A stretch of 64,000 nucleotides of DNA from a virus. Its lineage: Duplodnaviria > Caudoviricetes. This document shows, piece after piece, positions 35,345 through 45,529 of the stretch (position 1 is its first letter; each line of letters begins with the position of its first letter). Location of the stretch: IMG/VR virus record IMGVR_UViG_2885593961_000002, positions 14,432 to 78,431 of that record; one strand, given 5' to 3'. A program made the translations under genes and the position numbers. The notes below the pieces were generated by a model. The model was not told where the DNA came from. It made no database searches and worked only from the letters and a program-made list of their open reading frames with translations.

Positions 35345-36073
35345 ATGCAGTGGTTCCAGGCTGGTGAAGACCTGACCTTCGAAGTCGAGCTAATGGCCGG
35401 TGGCGTGCAAGCCCAACCTGATGCCGGTTCCGTGACGTACACCGTGCGTGACCAGAGCGGCGCTGTCCTGGCCGGCCTGGACCACGCTGCGCTCGATGTA
35501 CCGGGCACGACCGCCCAAATCCTGCTGCCAGCTCACGTGAACGGCATCACCGCGGGAAACGACACCGAGACCCGATTCGTCTTCCTCGCCTTCAAAACGT
35601 CCGGGCAGAGCCGCCAGCAGCAGGTGGCCTATGGTCTACACCCCTTCATACCGATGAGCGCCGATGCGGACGCCGTGCGCGGTCTGATGGGGGTTTCCGT
35701 CGACGAGCTGCCAGACGAAGCGATCGACCTGATCCCGGCGTACTACTCGCTGCGCGCCGACTATGGTACGGACTTCACAAACGCCCTCGTGGTCGGGGAC
35801 AGCCGTACGCGCTCGGCCGCGAATCGCGCTCTCGCCGCGCGCGCCGCGATCGACGCATTGCCCTCCTTCCAGTTGCGGCTCGTGCAGTCGAAACAAGTTG
35901 AGAACTCGAACTTCTCACGCTGGGACTGGGTCGACCTAGACAAGCTGAAGGAAGACCTGACAACTCAACTCGGCGCGAGCCTCGCGCAGCTGAGCGACAC
36001 ACTGGCCCGATCCGTCGCCGTGACGCCGACGATCTTCGTGGTCTCCTCCCCAACTGACCCGGTGACAGGCTAG
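35345..36073 (+). CDS. putative head-tail adaptor
   Basis: Position; AAGGAG RBS. Confidence 0.55.
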   Translation: MQWFQAGEDLTFEVELMAGGVQAQPDAGSVTYTVRDQSGAVLAGLDHAALDVPGTTAQILLPAHVNGITAGNDTETRFVFLAFKTSGQSRQQQVAYGLHPFIPMSADADAVRGLMGVSVDELPDEAIDLIPAYYSLRADYGTDFTNALVVGDSRTRSAANRALAARAAIDALPSFQLRLVQSKQVENSNFSRWDWVDLDKLKEDLTTQLGASLAQLSDTLARSVAVTPTIFVVSSPTDPVTG

Positions 36074-36075
36074 TC

Positions 36076-36594
36076 ATGACCACTCTACCTCAGCTCACCC
36101 GAATCCTCGTGAACGTATCACGAGGCAACGCCAAGGTGTACGGCATCGTCTCCTCACCGTCCGCGAAGTCGTCGTCCGAGCAGTTCACGACGCCCCAACG
36201 CATGCTTCATGTGCGCCGTGGCTCTGTCGCAAACCCCGGCGACACGGTCAACGACCTCGGGTTCTACTACGTCCTCGGGGATTTCAGCCGGACGGCAAAC
36301 GATGCGATCTTCCGTATGTTCCATCTCCCGTTCAACGGGGATGTTCAACGTATCTCGCGCCAGACCGACCCCGTGTCCGGCTTCGCACGTAACGAGGCGA
36401 TGTCGATGATCGGTAAGACGTGGTACGACGTACGCCCGCTCGGCCAGACCACTGACGTCAGTAACTCTAAGCGTCAGCGCTATCGAGTCATCACCGGGTT
36501 CCCGTTGCAAGAGGGTGACCTGATCGGGCCGAACAACTATCGCGTCTCGAATGTGAAGTTCGAGCTGGGCGTCACCGTGGCCGAGGCTGAGTAA
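36076..36594 (+). CDS. putative head closure (stopper) protein
   Basis: Position; beta-rich C-terminus. Confidence 0.5.
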   Translation: MTTLPQLTRILVNVSRGNAKVYGIVSSPSAKSSSEQFTTPQRMLHVRRGSVANPGDTVNDLGFYYVLGDFSRTANDAIFRMFHLPFNGDVQRISRQTDPVSGFARNEAMSMIGKTWYDVRPLGQTTDVSNSKRQRYRVITGFPLQEGDLIGPNNYRVSNVKFELGVTVAEAE

Positions 36595-37355
36595 TGGCAG
36601 ACGTCAAGGCTGTTCAAGACAGCGTGATGCAGTTCGTCCAGAACTTTATCTTTCAGAACGTCACGAACAGCCTTGCCGATTACGCCGACAAGGTTTCGGT
36701 GAAAATCAAGGATGAGATAACGAAGAAGCTGGACTCTTTCTTCACCGACCTTGTCGGGACCGGTTCGATCGGCTCGTCCGACCCACCCATGTGGCTCGGT
36801 CAAGTAGGCGCTCACTGGAACGAACTGACGTACTTCTATCTCCATTACGAGAAGAATGATCACGTCAACTATTTCCAGTACAGCACCCTCCCGCGCCGGG
36901 TGAAGAACAGTCCTGAGTCACGTCGTATGCGCCGCAAGCACATCGGTGATGCCAAGCAGATAAAGAACTCGCTGCGTAACGAGTTGATGCGTCTCGGCAA
37001 CCCGTCGCAGTATTTCGGCGAGGTAAAGGTGACAATCGACGCGACTCGCATGCAGGGCCTTGGCCGCTACCCTGCTGGGACGATGCGCAATGGGGTCAAG
37101 GTCGGTGGACGATACTACAGCCGTCCGTCCGATACCGTTCGCATCGTAGTCGACTGGCTACCGAAGCTCAATAACATGAACGTGATGGTCGCCAACATGG
37201 TGGAGCAGTATCTGCCTGAGACAAACAACCTCGCCGCAAAGCTGACGAACAACCGGCGCGGTGCATACCGCCCGCTGGTGAGCGCATACATCCTCTGGTA
37301 TCAGCAGAACATGATCTTTCCGATCATCAACCGAGCAGTCAAACCATACCTATGA
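36594..37355 (+). CDS. putative neck / tail completion protein
   Basis: Position; TAATG coupling. Confidence 0.5.
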   Translation: MADVKAVQDSVMQFVQNFIFQNVTNSLADYADKVSVKIKDEITKKLDSFFTDLVGTGSIGSSDPPMWLGQVGAHWNELTYFYLHYEKNDHVNYFQYSTLPRRVKNSPESRRMRRKHIGDAKQIKNSLRNELMRLGNPSQYFGEVKVTIDATRMQGLGRYPAGTMRNGVKVGGRYYSRPSDTVRIVVDWLPKLNNMNVMVANMVEQYLPETNNLAAKLTNNRRGAYRPLVSAYILWYQQNMIFPIINRAVKPYL

Positions 37356-37813
37356 AAAGCGAAAACCTCTATGGCGATCATCTGTCGAGTCTCCTGCGAT
37401 TCTGCGCAGACCAGGCGACAAGCCTTCAGGCCTCGACGGGCATCGCGCTTCAACCCGTCTTCTTCGACTCTTACAACGACTACGACAAGCTACCGTCCGG
37501 TAATCTGATTGGAGTCGCACAGTATTCGCTCGACTTCGACGAACATCTGACGACGGTGTCAGCTGTCGTTGGTGTCGCGACCGAGAACGATACAAACGAC
37601 TTTGATCTCACGCGAGTGATGAGCGCACTGGTTCAGCGGCTGCTACCGACGAAGTCGATCGACGTGCTCGATGCGTTGAAGGGGGAAAAGCTGGGGACGA
37701 TGGTGGTGCAAAACGGCGTTCGCGTCTTGCCCGTAGGCGGTGGGCTGGGACGATCCATGAAGTGGGTCGCGTTCATGGCATCGTCCACGGTTACTGCGGA
37801 TCTTTCTTCGTAA
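37352..37813 (+). CDS. putative tail terminator protein
   Basis: 153 aa, last gene before the major tail protein. Confidence 0.5.
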   Translation: MKSENLYGDHLSSLLRFCADQATSLQASTGIALQPVFFDSYNDYDKLPSGNLIGVAQYSLDFDEHLTTVSAVVGVATENDTNDFDLTRVMSALVQRLLPTKSIDVLDALKGEKLGTMVVQNGVRVLPVGGGLGRSMKWVAFMASSTVTADLSS

Positions 37814-37985
37814 TGCTGCTGATGAGCTTTTGATCGGCGCTCGTAGCATTGTCGATCGCAGTTTCAAGCAGATGGATGATCTCTGCATTCCGCGTTCGAC
37901 GGTTAACTCTCGCACGCTGCTTGATCTGAACGTCGAGCGTGACGGGGATGCGTACCGTAAAGGCTTCGCGCTCTTCCAACTCCAT
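37791..37985 (-). CDS. Arc/Mnt-like ribbon-helix-helix DNA-binding protein
   Basis: FTVRIPVTLDVQIKQRARVNRRTRNAEIIHLLE; GGAGG RBS. Confidence 0.88.
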   Translation of the reverse strand: MELEEREAFTVRIPVTLDVQIKQRARVNRRTRNAEIIHLLETAIDNATSADQKLISSITKKDPQ

Positions 37986-38017
37986 TGCGTGGTTCCTCCA
38001 TATACCAATAAAAACCT

Positions 38018-38046
38018 TTGATTCGGGAAGGTATCACACGTAGGAT
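38018..38046 (+). promoter_or_regulatory. sigma70-like promoter for the major tail gene
   Basis: TTGATT-17-TAGGAT preceded by AAAAACC. Confidence 0.65.
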
Positions 38047-38080
38047 CGCCCCACCAGAATTTTAAACCGGAGAACTAACG

Positions 38081-38872
38081 ATGGCTGGTGAAGCAAAGTC
38101 CGAAAAGTTCATGCTGGGGTCGGCCACCGTGATGATCGGCCCCCAAGCTGACCTGTTCAACCTCAATCCCGACGAGCACTCGATCGGTCTCGTGAAAAAC
38201 TTCACGATCAGCGGCCAGCCGGCATACACCGAGCTGACGCAGGGTGTGAAGAACAGCGTCGTTTACTCGGTGATGACCGGCAACCCCGTGACCGCCACGA
38301 TGGAAGTGTTCGAGCACACGTCGAAGAACCTCGCGTACGGCTTGGGCCTCGACGGTTCGGCACTGACCCCGTCCACAGTCAAGACCACGCTGAACGCCGA
38401 CGTGCCCGCGAACGCTGCCGGCGCGGACACGCTGCCGGTCACATCGGCCACCGGCTTCGCGGTCGGCGACTGGATTCAGGCGGTTGTGCCGGGTTACAGC
38501 GACCGGATGCTCGTCGCCAAGGTCAAGACGATCGACTCGACGGCGAAGACGCTGCAAGTCGTCAGCTCGCAGAAGTTCGACTACCAGCTGCCGATCGGCA
38601 CGGTGGTCCAGAAGGTCAACGTCGTGGGCATCGGCTCGAAGGCCAACCAGCCGTTCCTCGCCGCGAAGGTGGTCGGCAACCTGGCCGACAACACGCCGGT
38701 CGCACTGCTGATCCCGAAGATCCGAATCACGGGCGGCTTCACGCTGGCGTTCAAGACCGACGCATTCGGCAACCTGCCGTACAAGTTCCAGCCGTACGAT
38801 CTGGTTTCGACGGACCCGTTCTACGACGACTTCCTGCCGTTCGGGCAAGCGATGCTGGCGTCGGCAAACTAA
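38081..38872 (+). CDS. major tail tube protein
   Basis: 263 aa before the chaperone and tape measure genes; IGLVKN and FKTDAFGNLP..F.PY motifs; probable Ig-like insertion. Confidence 0.8.
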   Translation: MAGEAKSEKFMLGSATVMIGPQADLFNLNPDEHSIGLVKNFTISGQPAYTELTQGVKNSVVYSVMTGNPVTATMEVFEHTSKNLAYGLGLDGSALTPSTVKTTLNADVPANAAGADTLPVTSATGFAVGDWIQAVVPGYSDRMLVAKVKTIDSTAKTLQVVSSQKFDYQLPIGTVVQKVNVVGIGSKANQPFLAAKVVGNLADNTPVALLIPKIRITGGFTLAFKTDAFGNLPYKFQPYDLVSTDPFYDDFLPFGQAMLASAN

Positions 38873-38898
38873 GGTTCACTCCGGTACGGAGAAAAACC

Positions 38899-38940
38899 TT
38901 GAAGCACCAATCCCCGCGACTCATAATCGTGGGGATTTTT
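38899..38940 (+). promoter_or_regulatory. overlapping terminator hairpin and promoter
   Basis: TTGAAG-17-CATAAT overlapping the stem AATCCCCGCG/CGTGGGGATT-TTT. Confidence 0.6.
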
Positions 38941-38957
38941 CATTAGGGAACCAAAAC

Positions 38958-39359
38958 ATGTCGACCACCACCACGCGACAAGCCCCGCCCGCAAAACTCG
39001 AAATCACCCTGGCCGGCGCGAAGAAGATCTTGTTCATGTCCTTTGGCTTGCTCAATGAACTGTGCCGAGGTATTGGAGATGCTCAAGGCGCGTTGCAAGT
39101 CACCGCGAACTCTCAACTTCGCGATTTTGTACTGATGGTTGTGCTTTCCGATCGAGACGAAGAAGGTAACGTCGTCAAGCCGATCAACGTCAATCGCATC
39201 GAGATGTCCATCGAAGACGGTGAACGCCTGCTCGACTGGGTATCGCAGCACGCGACAGATTTTTTCGTCCGGACGATGGAGAGAATCGTCACGGGGCACA
39301 AGGACAAGGAAAGCCGGTTGAAGGCCCTGAAAGAGCTGGCCGAAAACCCGGCAAGCTAA
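38958..39359 (+). CDS. tail assembly chaperone (gpG-like)
   Basis: Between major tail and tape measure genes; slippery AAACCCG near its end. Confidence 0.8.
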   Translation: MSTTTTRQAPPAKLEITLAGAKKILFMSFGLLNELCRGIGDAQGALQVTANSQLRDFVLMVVLSDRDEEGNVVKPINVNRIEMSIEDGERLLDWVSQHATDFFVRTMERIVTGHKDKESRLKALKELAENPAS

Positions 39360-39670
39360 CCGCATACACGGACTGGTTCCGCGACCTCACTTTCAGCGAG
39401 GCAGTGTGCTGGGCATTCGATACAGTTCCTTCTGCACTGCCTATTATTTTCTGGAAGTACAGTCGCGAGGACATTAAAATCCGCACACGGTTGAAGCTCG
39501 GCGAATGCCAAGCAAACCACGTGCAACAGTTCCAGACGTTGGCGATCCTTCTCTCCGAAGTCCTCGGCACAGGGACTGCTTCGAGCACATCCGAATCCTC
39601 CCAAGAAGACGTGCCCAAAGACTTCGCGGACGCCCAACGCCGGTTGGCAGCAGTCTTCGGGAAACGATAA
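39344..39670 (+). CDS. tail assembly chaperone -1 frameshift extension (gpT-like)
   Basis: The -1 frame is open from the slip site (KPGKLTAYTDWFRDLTFSEAVCWAF...) to the stop at 39670. Confidence 0.7.
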   Translation, partial: KPGKLTAYTDWFRDLTFSEAVCWAFDTVPSALPIIFWKYSREDIKIRTRLKLGECQANHVQQFQTLAILLSEVLGTGTASSTSESSQEDVPKDFADAQRRLAAVFGKR

Positions 39671-42600
39671 ATGGCGGGCGAGAATCAAGTACAACAGGGG
39701 CAACTGGACCTATCCCTTGGTCCGAAGATCTTTCAGGACGCGCAGTCCCTCTCGACCCTCCTCACCGAGATCTTCAAGCGCCTCAACGACATCAGCGGGA
39801 TCGCGAAGCAGATCTCGATCCCCGGCGTCTCTTCCACCGATCCAAGTCAATCCAACATCCTGGCCGCGATCGGTGGTCTTCAGCGCGACATGCGAACCAT
39901 GCTCGCGACGGTGCGTACGGGCGGGCCGCAGGCGCAGATCAACCAAGCCCTGGTGCAAGGCACGCGCTCGCAAGCACTGTTCGGCTCCGACAATCGTGCG
40001 CAGCTCGAACAGCTAACCGCACTCAATGCCGCCGCGGAACGCCGCGTGCTCCTCGAGCGGCAACTTCAGGTCGCACAAGAGGCGAACCGCGAATACTCGA
40101 CGGCGCAGATGAGTGCCGCGACGCGGATCTACGAGATCACGGCGCGGATCACCGACGCCCAGCAGCGGTACAAGCAAGCGATCATCGACAGCGACACCGC
40201 GACTCAGGCAGCGGCGAAGCGTGACATGCGCGATGGCCAGCAGCGTCTCGACCAATTGAAGCAGGAAATCGATCTGCGCGAGCGCGGGGCACGCGTGCGC
40301 CTCGGCCGCGCGCTCGACAGCGGCCAGAACGTTGATGTCGCGCAGGCCCAACTAGCCATCGTGAACGCCGACAAGGCGGATCTCTCGACGTCGCTGCGCA
40401 CTACGGTCGGTGCTCAGCAGCGCGCCGAGCGTGAAGCGGCGAAAGCCCTGAGTAATGAGCGCAAGCAACTCGAAAAGGACTGGACCGCAGCACTCACTGA
40501 GGAACGTAGCCGCCAAGCCGCGATCGAAAAGGCATGGAATCAAGCCATTGTCGAAGACCGTCAGCGTACACAACGCGCCGACGCCACGTTCGAAAGACAA
40601 CTGCGGGCCGCGCAGGTTGAAGACCACAAGCGCGCGCGTGATGCCGAGGCGTCGTTTGACAAGACCTGGAATTCAGCGCATCTCGAAAACCTCAAGCGCG
40701 ACAAGGCTACGGAACGAAAATTCCTGGCTGACTGGGATGCCGCAATCCTTGAGGACCATAGACGGTCGAAGACAGCACAGAAGAAGCTCGAAGACGATTG
40801 GGATAGTGCCATTCGAGAGAATCGTCGCCGGCAGCAGCAGGCTGACGAGGCAGCGGCACGCGCCGCTGCTCAGTTTGGTCCCGATCGCGCGACGCTTATG
40901 CGCCTGCGTGACGCACACGCCGAGAACAACCGTCGCAACAGTCCGGAATTCCTGGATGAGCAGGACGCAGCCACGCGTGCTCGTCGCTATCGCCAGACAT
41001 TTGGCGATGGTGGAGCATCAGTCGCGCTGACGCAGACCGCCCTCCTCGCCAACTACAGCGTGACCCGTGGAGTGCAGACTGCATTCACGTCCGCGTTGCA
41101 AAATACGATCCAGTACGAAGAAGCGCTGGCGCACCTCAAGACGATCACTTCCGCGACCGATCTTCAGCTCGCCTCGCTCGCTTCAACCATCGAGACTGTC
41201 TCGAATGCGACACGCTACAGCGCCACGGATCTGACCAAGGCAGCTGCCGCCTTGTCGGAGACTGGTGTGACCACCAATCAGCTCGGTGTAGCACTGCGCG
41301 GCGTCGCTGACCTCGCCACCGCAACGGGCGAAGACTTCAACAAGACGGTTGACACCGTTACCGGCTCGCTCGGCGCATTCAAGATCTCCGCGAGCGATAC
41401 GGTTCAGGTGACGAACATGATCGCACAAGCGGTCAATTCTTCGCGCTTGACGATGGACAAGCTCAAGACGTCTATCGAAACCGCTGGTGAAACCGCGAGT
41501 GAAGCCGGCGTCTCATTCAAGGAAATGCTGTCGGCGACTGTGTCGATTACGAACACTGGTACTGCCTCGGGTGCGACACTTGGTGGCGGGCTGCGTCAGC
41601 TCTTGATCGACCTCGAAAAGCCGAGCCAGAAGTTCAAGGCGACGCTGGATCAGCTGGGTCTCACGCAGGAGGATATCAACGTCAAGTCCCAAGGCTTGTA
41701 CGGTGCGCTGAAGAACCTCAAGGATGCGGGCTTTACTGCCGCCGACGCCATGCAGGCATTCGAGGCGCGCAGTGCATCGGCCTTCACGGCGCTCTCGGGC
41801 AACCTGTCCGAGATGAACGACTTTTCGTCGACACTCAACCACACCGACGCCGCAGTGCGCGCGAACGCCGAGCAGATGGAAACGCTCGGCGCGCAGTATG
41901 ACCGCTTCAAGAACCAGACGTCGCTGCTGGTCGGCGAAGGATTCACGCCTTTGCTCGATGGCCTGAAGCACCTGCTCGACCTTACGTCGAGTGCCGAAAC
42001 CGCGCTGAAGAACTACGCAGGTGTCACGGAGACAGTTGGCACGTTGATCGGAACCGGAGCACTCGCAGTCGGCCTAAAGTACGTTGGGGGTCTGCTTGGC
42101 GGCATCGCAGGCATGACGTTTGGTGGCTTCGAAGCTGCGGCTGGTCTCGCTGCAATGGGTGGTCAAGTCGGCCTCGTGGTCGGAGCCATTGCGGGCCTGA
42201 CGGCTGGCGTCGTCTATCTCGTCAACAAGCTGAATGATTCGAAGCAGGCATTCGAGGACCAGCGCACTGCTGTCAACGCGGCTAAGGATGCCGTGACCTC
42301 TTCGAAGCAGTCGTTCGACAGCATCGGCAAGCAGATCGACACCCTGCGCTACAAGATGGCCGCGCTCAACGAGCACCCTGAACAGCTCAAGCGCGAGATC
42401 GACGACGTCAGCATGCAGTTCGAGAAGTATGGGGTGACGCTAGACAAGAGTGCTATCAGCAAGACCGAAGACCTGATCGATAGCCTGCAACGGCTGCAAG
42501 TTGAGCTTGGCAAGCGCTACGAGATGAACACGAGCGTGCTTGGCGCGCAACTCGATGTCATGGTTGAGCGTGCGAAAGAAGCCGCTGGCCAAGCCGCTGG

Positions 42601-45529
42601 AGATTTCCAGAAGGGGGCATTCTCCGGGCCACGCGACAAGCTCGAACGCGCGCCGGGTATGAGCACTCCCGGCGTCGGCATGATGGACGAGACCGCATTG
42701 TCCGGGTATGAGCCGAGCCGCTTCAACGCCCTGCCGGGAGGCAAGCAGTCAACCGGATATCTGCCCATCGACGAGGGGGTGAACAAGGACACCATTCCGG
42801 CAATCATCCAGTACCTGAAGGATGCCGGCGCGGACGTGTCTGGCAAGGTCCAAGCGGGCTTGGTGGACGCGGCCGGCATCAACGGCCAACCGCGCGACTT
42901 GGACGCCCAATCGGCCTTCGCAACGGCCGTGAACGCAGCAATCGCGAAGGCAATTCAGGCACGGGCCACGCCGGGGATCTCGGACGCCGAAAAGGCAAAC
43001 TCGTATGCCGAGGAGCAGGCGCTATCCAACCTCCTGACGAATCTCCAGAAGGTTACGAACGGCCTGCAAACGGCACAGGGTTACCAGCACGAACTGGATC
43101 GAACGAACACGTCTCTAGCGAGCCAGCGCTATGCCAACTCAAATCCCGTCGCGCAGGAAATCATCACCGCAGTCACCGCGGCGGTCACGCGTACGAGGGG
43201 CGCACTCGGCTCGCCGGAATCGCGCCTAGACGCCCTCTGGACCGCCCTCAAGACGCAGGAGAGCGGCAACCGGCAGTTCGACGCCAACGGGCTTCCGGTC
43301 ACGTCGAGCAAGGGCGCGATCGGCATCGCCCAGGTGATGCCAGACACTGCCCCCGAAGCTGCACGGCTGGCCGGCCTGCCGTGGGACGACAAGCGCTACC
43401 GGAACGACGCCGCTTACAACGAGGCGATCGGCCGCGCATACCTCAACGCGCAACTGAAGAAGTACGGCAACAACTCGACGCTCGCGCTCGCGGCCTACAA
43501 CGGTGGCCCCGGCTATGTCGACAAACTGCTGGCCACTACAAGCGCAGACGGGCGGTCGATGGACTTCCGCAATCCAACCGGCGTCACCGAGACCGAGTTC
43601 GTCAGCGCGCTCAAGCCTGAGACGCGCAACTACGTGCAGCGCATCGGCAGCGGCGCTGGTGCGTTCGGCCGCTACCAGAGCCTCCTGAACAACCCGGATC
43701 TGGCGAGTCAAGGCGCGGCCAACAGCCAGCTTATGCGCCAACTTCAGACCCAGCTGGAAGCGTCCGACGACGACATCCAGAAGGCATTCCTACGCGCACA
43801 GATCGACCGGTTGAAGGTTGCGCAAAACGATATCCAGCGCAAGATCGAAAACGCACGCGTCGAGGCTGCACCGTCGTTGAAAGCGACAAACTCGGCCGCG
43901 CAGCGCGCGCTTCAAGCACAACTGGCCGAAGTCGAGACCCAAGCCGGGATTACCCGCGACCCAGACAAGGCACGGCAGCTTGGCGACGTCGCCGTCGAGC
44001 TGATCAAGAACCAGTACAACCGCACGATCGACACGCTGAAGAGGACCAGCCCGACGCTTCAGGTTGGCGACCACCGCGACTACGCTGACGACGTGAAGCA
44101 GCAGCTTCAGTCGTTGCAAGACGAGATGGACGCGAAGGTACGTTCGCAGATCGACAAGAACACAGAACGCGTTCGCAAGCTCAACGAGCAGATTAAGGCT
44201 GCGCAGTTCAAGGAGGACGAGGATCGGGCGCGAATGGCGTTCAACGCCTTCATGACCACTCTCAAGGGCGATGAGAAAACTCGTTCGAACAATCAAGCGA
44301 TCGAACTGAAGCGAAACTCGTACCCCGTGGTTGCCGATCAGGCCGCGTCGGCATACATGAGTGATCCACGCTACTCAGCCCAGTTCAGCCAGGTTCAACG
44401 TCAATCGCTCAGCATGAAGGCAGCGGCGGATCAGGACGTCGTAGACGCGCGGAACCTCGTCACATATCAGGCGAACATCGCCCAACTGCGCGGCGAAATC
44501 GAGCAGTTGGGGAAACAAGTCAACGCCCGGACGGCGATGCTTGGCGAGGAAGCTGACGGCGCTGGTTCACCCGCAACAGGCCTGTACGCGCAGCTCGCCG
44601 CGGCGAAGGCTGATCCTGCGAAGCGGGAGGAACAAGCACGTCTCGAAGCGACGATCGTGCGCCTCACCACGGAACGCACCGCGCAGCAGGGGGAACTCAA
44701 CGCGCTGCAAGATAAATCTAACGCACTTGTCGAGAGTCAGGAGCGTTTGCAGGAGAAGCTGGCGGCGAAGACCACCACGGGTTCATTCTCACTGATGCAG
44801 GGCATCAACGAAGCAAACAAAAACTTCCTCGACACGCACAACGCAACTTCAATGGCGATCGACGGATACGCCAACATGCTGAACGGCACCGACAACGCGT
44901 TGATCCAGTTCTTCGATGACTTGACCACCCACTCGAAGACCGCTGGTCAGGCCGTTAGGGATTTCGGCGTGTCGTTCCTGAAGATGGTCTTGCAGATCCT
45001 CGAACAGCAGGCCGCGCTCATGCTTATCAAGGGCGTCCTCAGCATGTTCGGGACTGCTGCTTCTGCTTCCGCCGCTCCCGCGGCTACGGGTGGCTTCGAT
45101 ATGCCCTCGACCGGCACTGCGTTAGCTGTCCAGGGTGGTTCTGTCAGCAACGGCCTAGTCTCTCGCTCGGCCGGCGTGAAGCGTTTCGTGTCGGGTGGCA
45201 GCGTGACGGGCGGGATGCCCGGTCGTGACTCCGTACATGCTCTTTTGAAAGAAGGCGAGTATGTGCTAAACGATGGGGCCGTGTCGACGGTAGGCACGGA
45301 CTTCCTCGACAACCTCAACGCACACGGCAACCGCGTCATCTCGAAGAGCACGCCGGCCCCCAAGCCTGAACGTGAGAAGCAGCCACAGCACGTCAATGTG
45401 TGGGTCGTCGCTCCGGATCAGAAGCCACAGATGGGGCCGAATGACGTCGTCGCCGCGATTAGCAACGACATCGTCACGGGCGGTTCTACGAAGAAACTGA
45501 TCAAGCAAGTTGCACTGGGTCAAATGTAA
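39671..45529 (+). CDS. tape measure protein with lytic transglycosylase domain
   Basis: 1952 aa, Ala/Gln-rich; TP901-like core (TRYSATDL, LADLATATGED); SLT motifs QESGN, GAIGIAQVMPDTA, LALAAYNGGPG. Confidence 0.93.
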   Translation: MAGENQVQQGQLDLSLGPKIFQDAQSLSTLLTEIFKRLNDISGIAKQISIPGVSSTDPSQSNILAAIGGLQRDMRTMLATVRTGGPQAQINQALVQGTRSQALFGSDNRAQLEQLTALNAAAERRVLLERQLQVAQEANREYSTAQMSAATRIYEITARITDAQQRYKQAIIDSDTATQAAAKRDMRDGQQRLDQLKQEIDLRERGARVRLGRALDSGQNVDVAQAQLAIVNADKADLSTSLRTTVGAQQRAEREAAKALSNERKQLEKDWTAALTEERSRQAAIEKAWNQAIVEDRQRTQRADATFERQLRAAQVEDHKRARDAEASFDKTWNSAHLENLKRDKATERKFLADWDAAILEDHRRSKTAQKKLEDDWDSAIRENRRRQQQADEAAARAAAQFGPDRATLMRLRDAHAENNRRNSPEFLDEQDAATRARRYRQTFGDGGASVALTQTALLANYSVTRGVQTAFTSALQNTIQYEEALAHLKTITSATDLQLASLASTIETVSNATRYSATDLTKAAAALSETGVTTNQLGVALRGVADLATATGEDFNKTVDTVTGSLGAFKISASDTVQVTNMIAQAVNSSRLTMDKLKTSIETAGETASEAGVSFKEMLSATVSITNTGTASGATLGGGLRQLLIDLEKPSQKFKATLDQLGLTQEDINVKSQGLYGALKNLKDAGFTAADAMQAFEARSASAFTALSGNLSEMNDFSSTLNHTDAAVRANAEQMETLGAQYDRFKNQTSLLVGEGFTPLLDGLKHLLDLTSSAETALKNYAGVTETVGTLIGTGALAVGLKYVGGLLGGIAGMTFGGFEAAAGLAAMGGQVGLVVGAIAGLTAGVVYLVNKLNDSKQAFEDQRTAVNAAKDAVTSSKQSFDSIGKQIDTLRYKMAALNEHPEQLKREIDDVSMQFEKYGVTLDKSAISKTEDLIDSLQRLQVELGKRYEMNTSVLGAQLDVMVERAKEAAGQAAGDFQKGAFSGPRDKLERAPGMSTPGVGMMDETALSGYEPSRFNALPGGKQSTGYLPIDEGVNKDTIPAIIQYLKDAGADVSGKVQAGLVDAAGINGQPRDLDAQSAFATAVNAAIAKAIQARATPGISDAEKANSYAEEQALSNLLTNLQKVTNGLQTAQGYQHELDRTNTSLASQRYANSNPVAQEIITAVTAAVTRTRGALGSPESRLDALWTALKTQESGNRQFDANGLPVTSSKGAIGIAQVMPDTAPEAARLAGLPWDDKRYRNDAAYNEAIGRAYLNAQLKKYGNNSTLALAAYNGGPGYVDKLLATTSADGRSMDFRNPTGVTETEFVSALKPETRNYVQRIGSGAGAFGRYQSLLNNPDLASQGAANSQLMRQLQTQLEASDDDIQKAFLRAQIDRLKVAQNDIQRKIENARVEAAPSLKATNSAAQRALQAQLAEVETQAGITRDPDKARQLGDVAVELIKNQYNRTIDTLKRTSPTLQVGDHRDYADDVKQQLQSLQDEMDAKVRSQIDKNTERVRKLNEQIKAAQFKEDEDRARMAFNAFMTTLKGDEKTRSNNQAIELKRNSYPVVADQAASAYMSDPRYSAQFSQVQRQSLSMKAAADQDVVDARNLVTYQANIAQLRGEIEQLGKQVNARTAMLGEEADGAGSPATGLYAQLAAAKADPAKREEQARLEATIVRLTTERTAQQGELNALQDKSNALVESQERLQEKLAAKTTTGSFSLMQGINEANKNFLDTHNATSMAIDGYANMLNGTDNALIQFFDDLTTHSKTAGQAVRDFGVSFLKMVLQILEQQAALMLIKGVLSMFGTAASASAAPAATGGFDMPSTGTALAVQGGSVSNGLVSRSAGVKRFVSGGSVTGGMPGRDSVHALLKEGEYVLNDGAVSTVGTDFLDNLNAHGNRVISKSTPAPKPEREKQPQHVNVWVVAPDQKPQMGPNDVVAAISNDIVTGGSTKKLIKQVALGQM

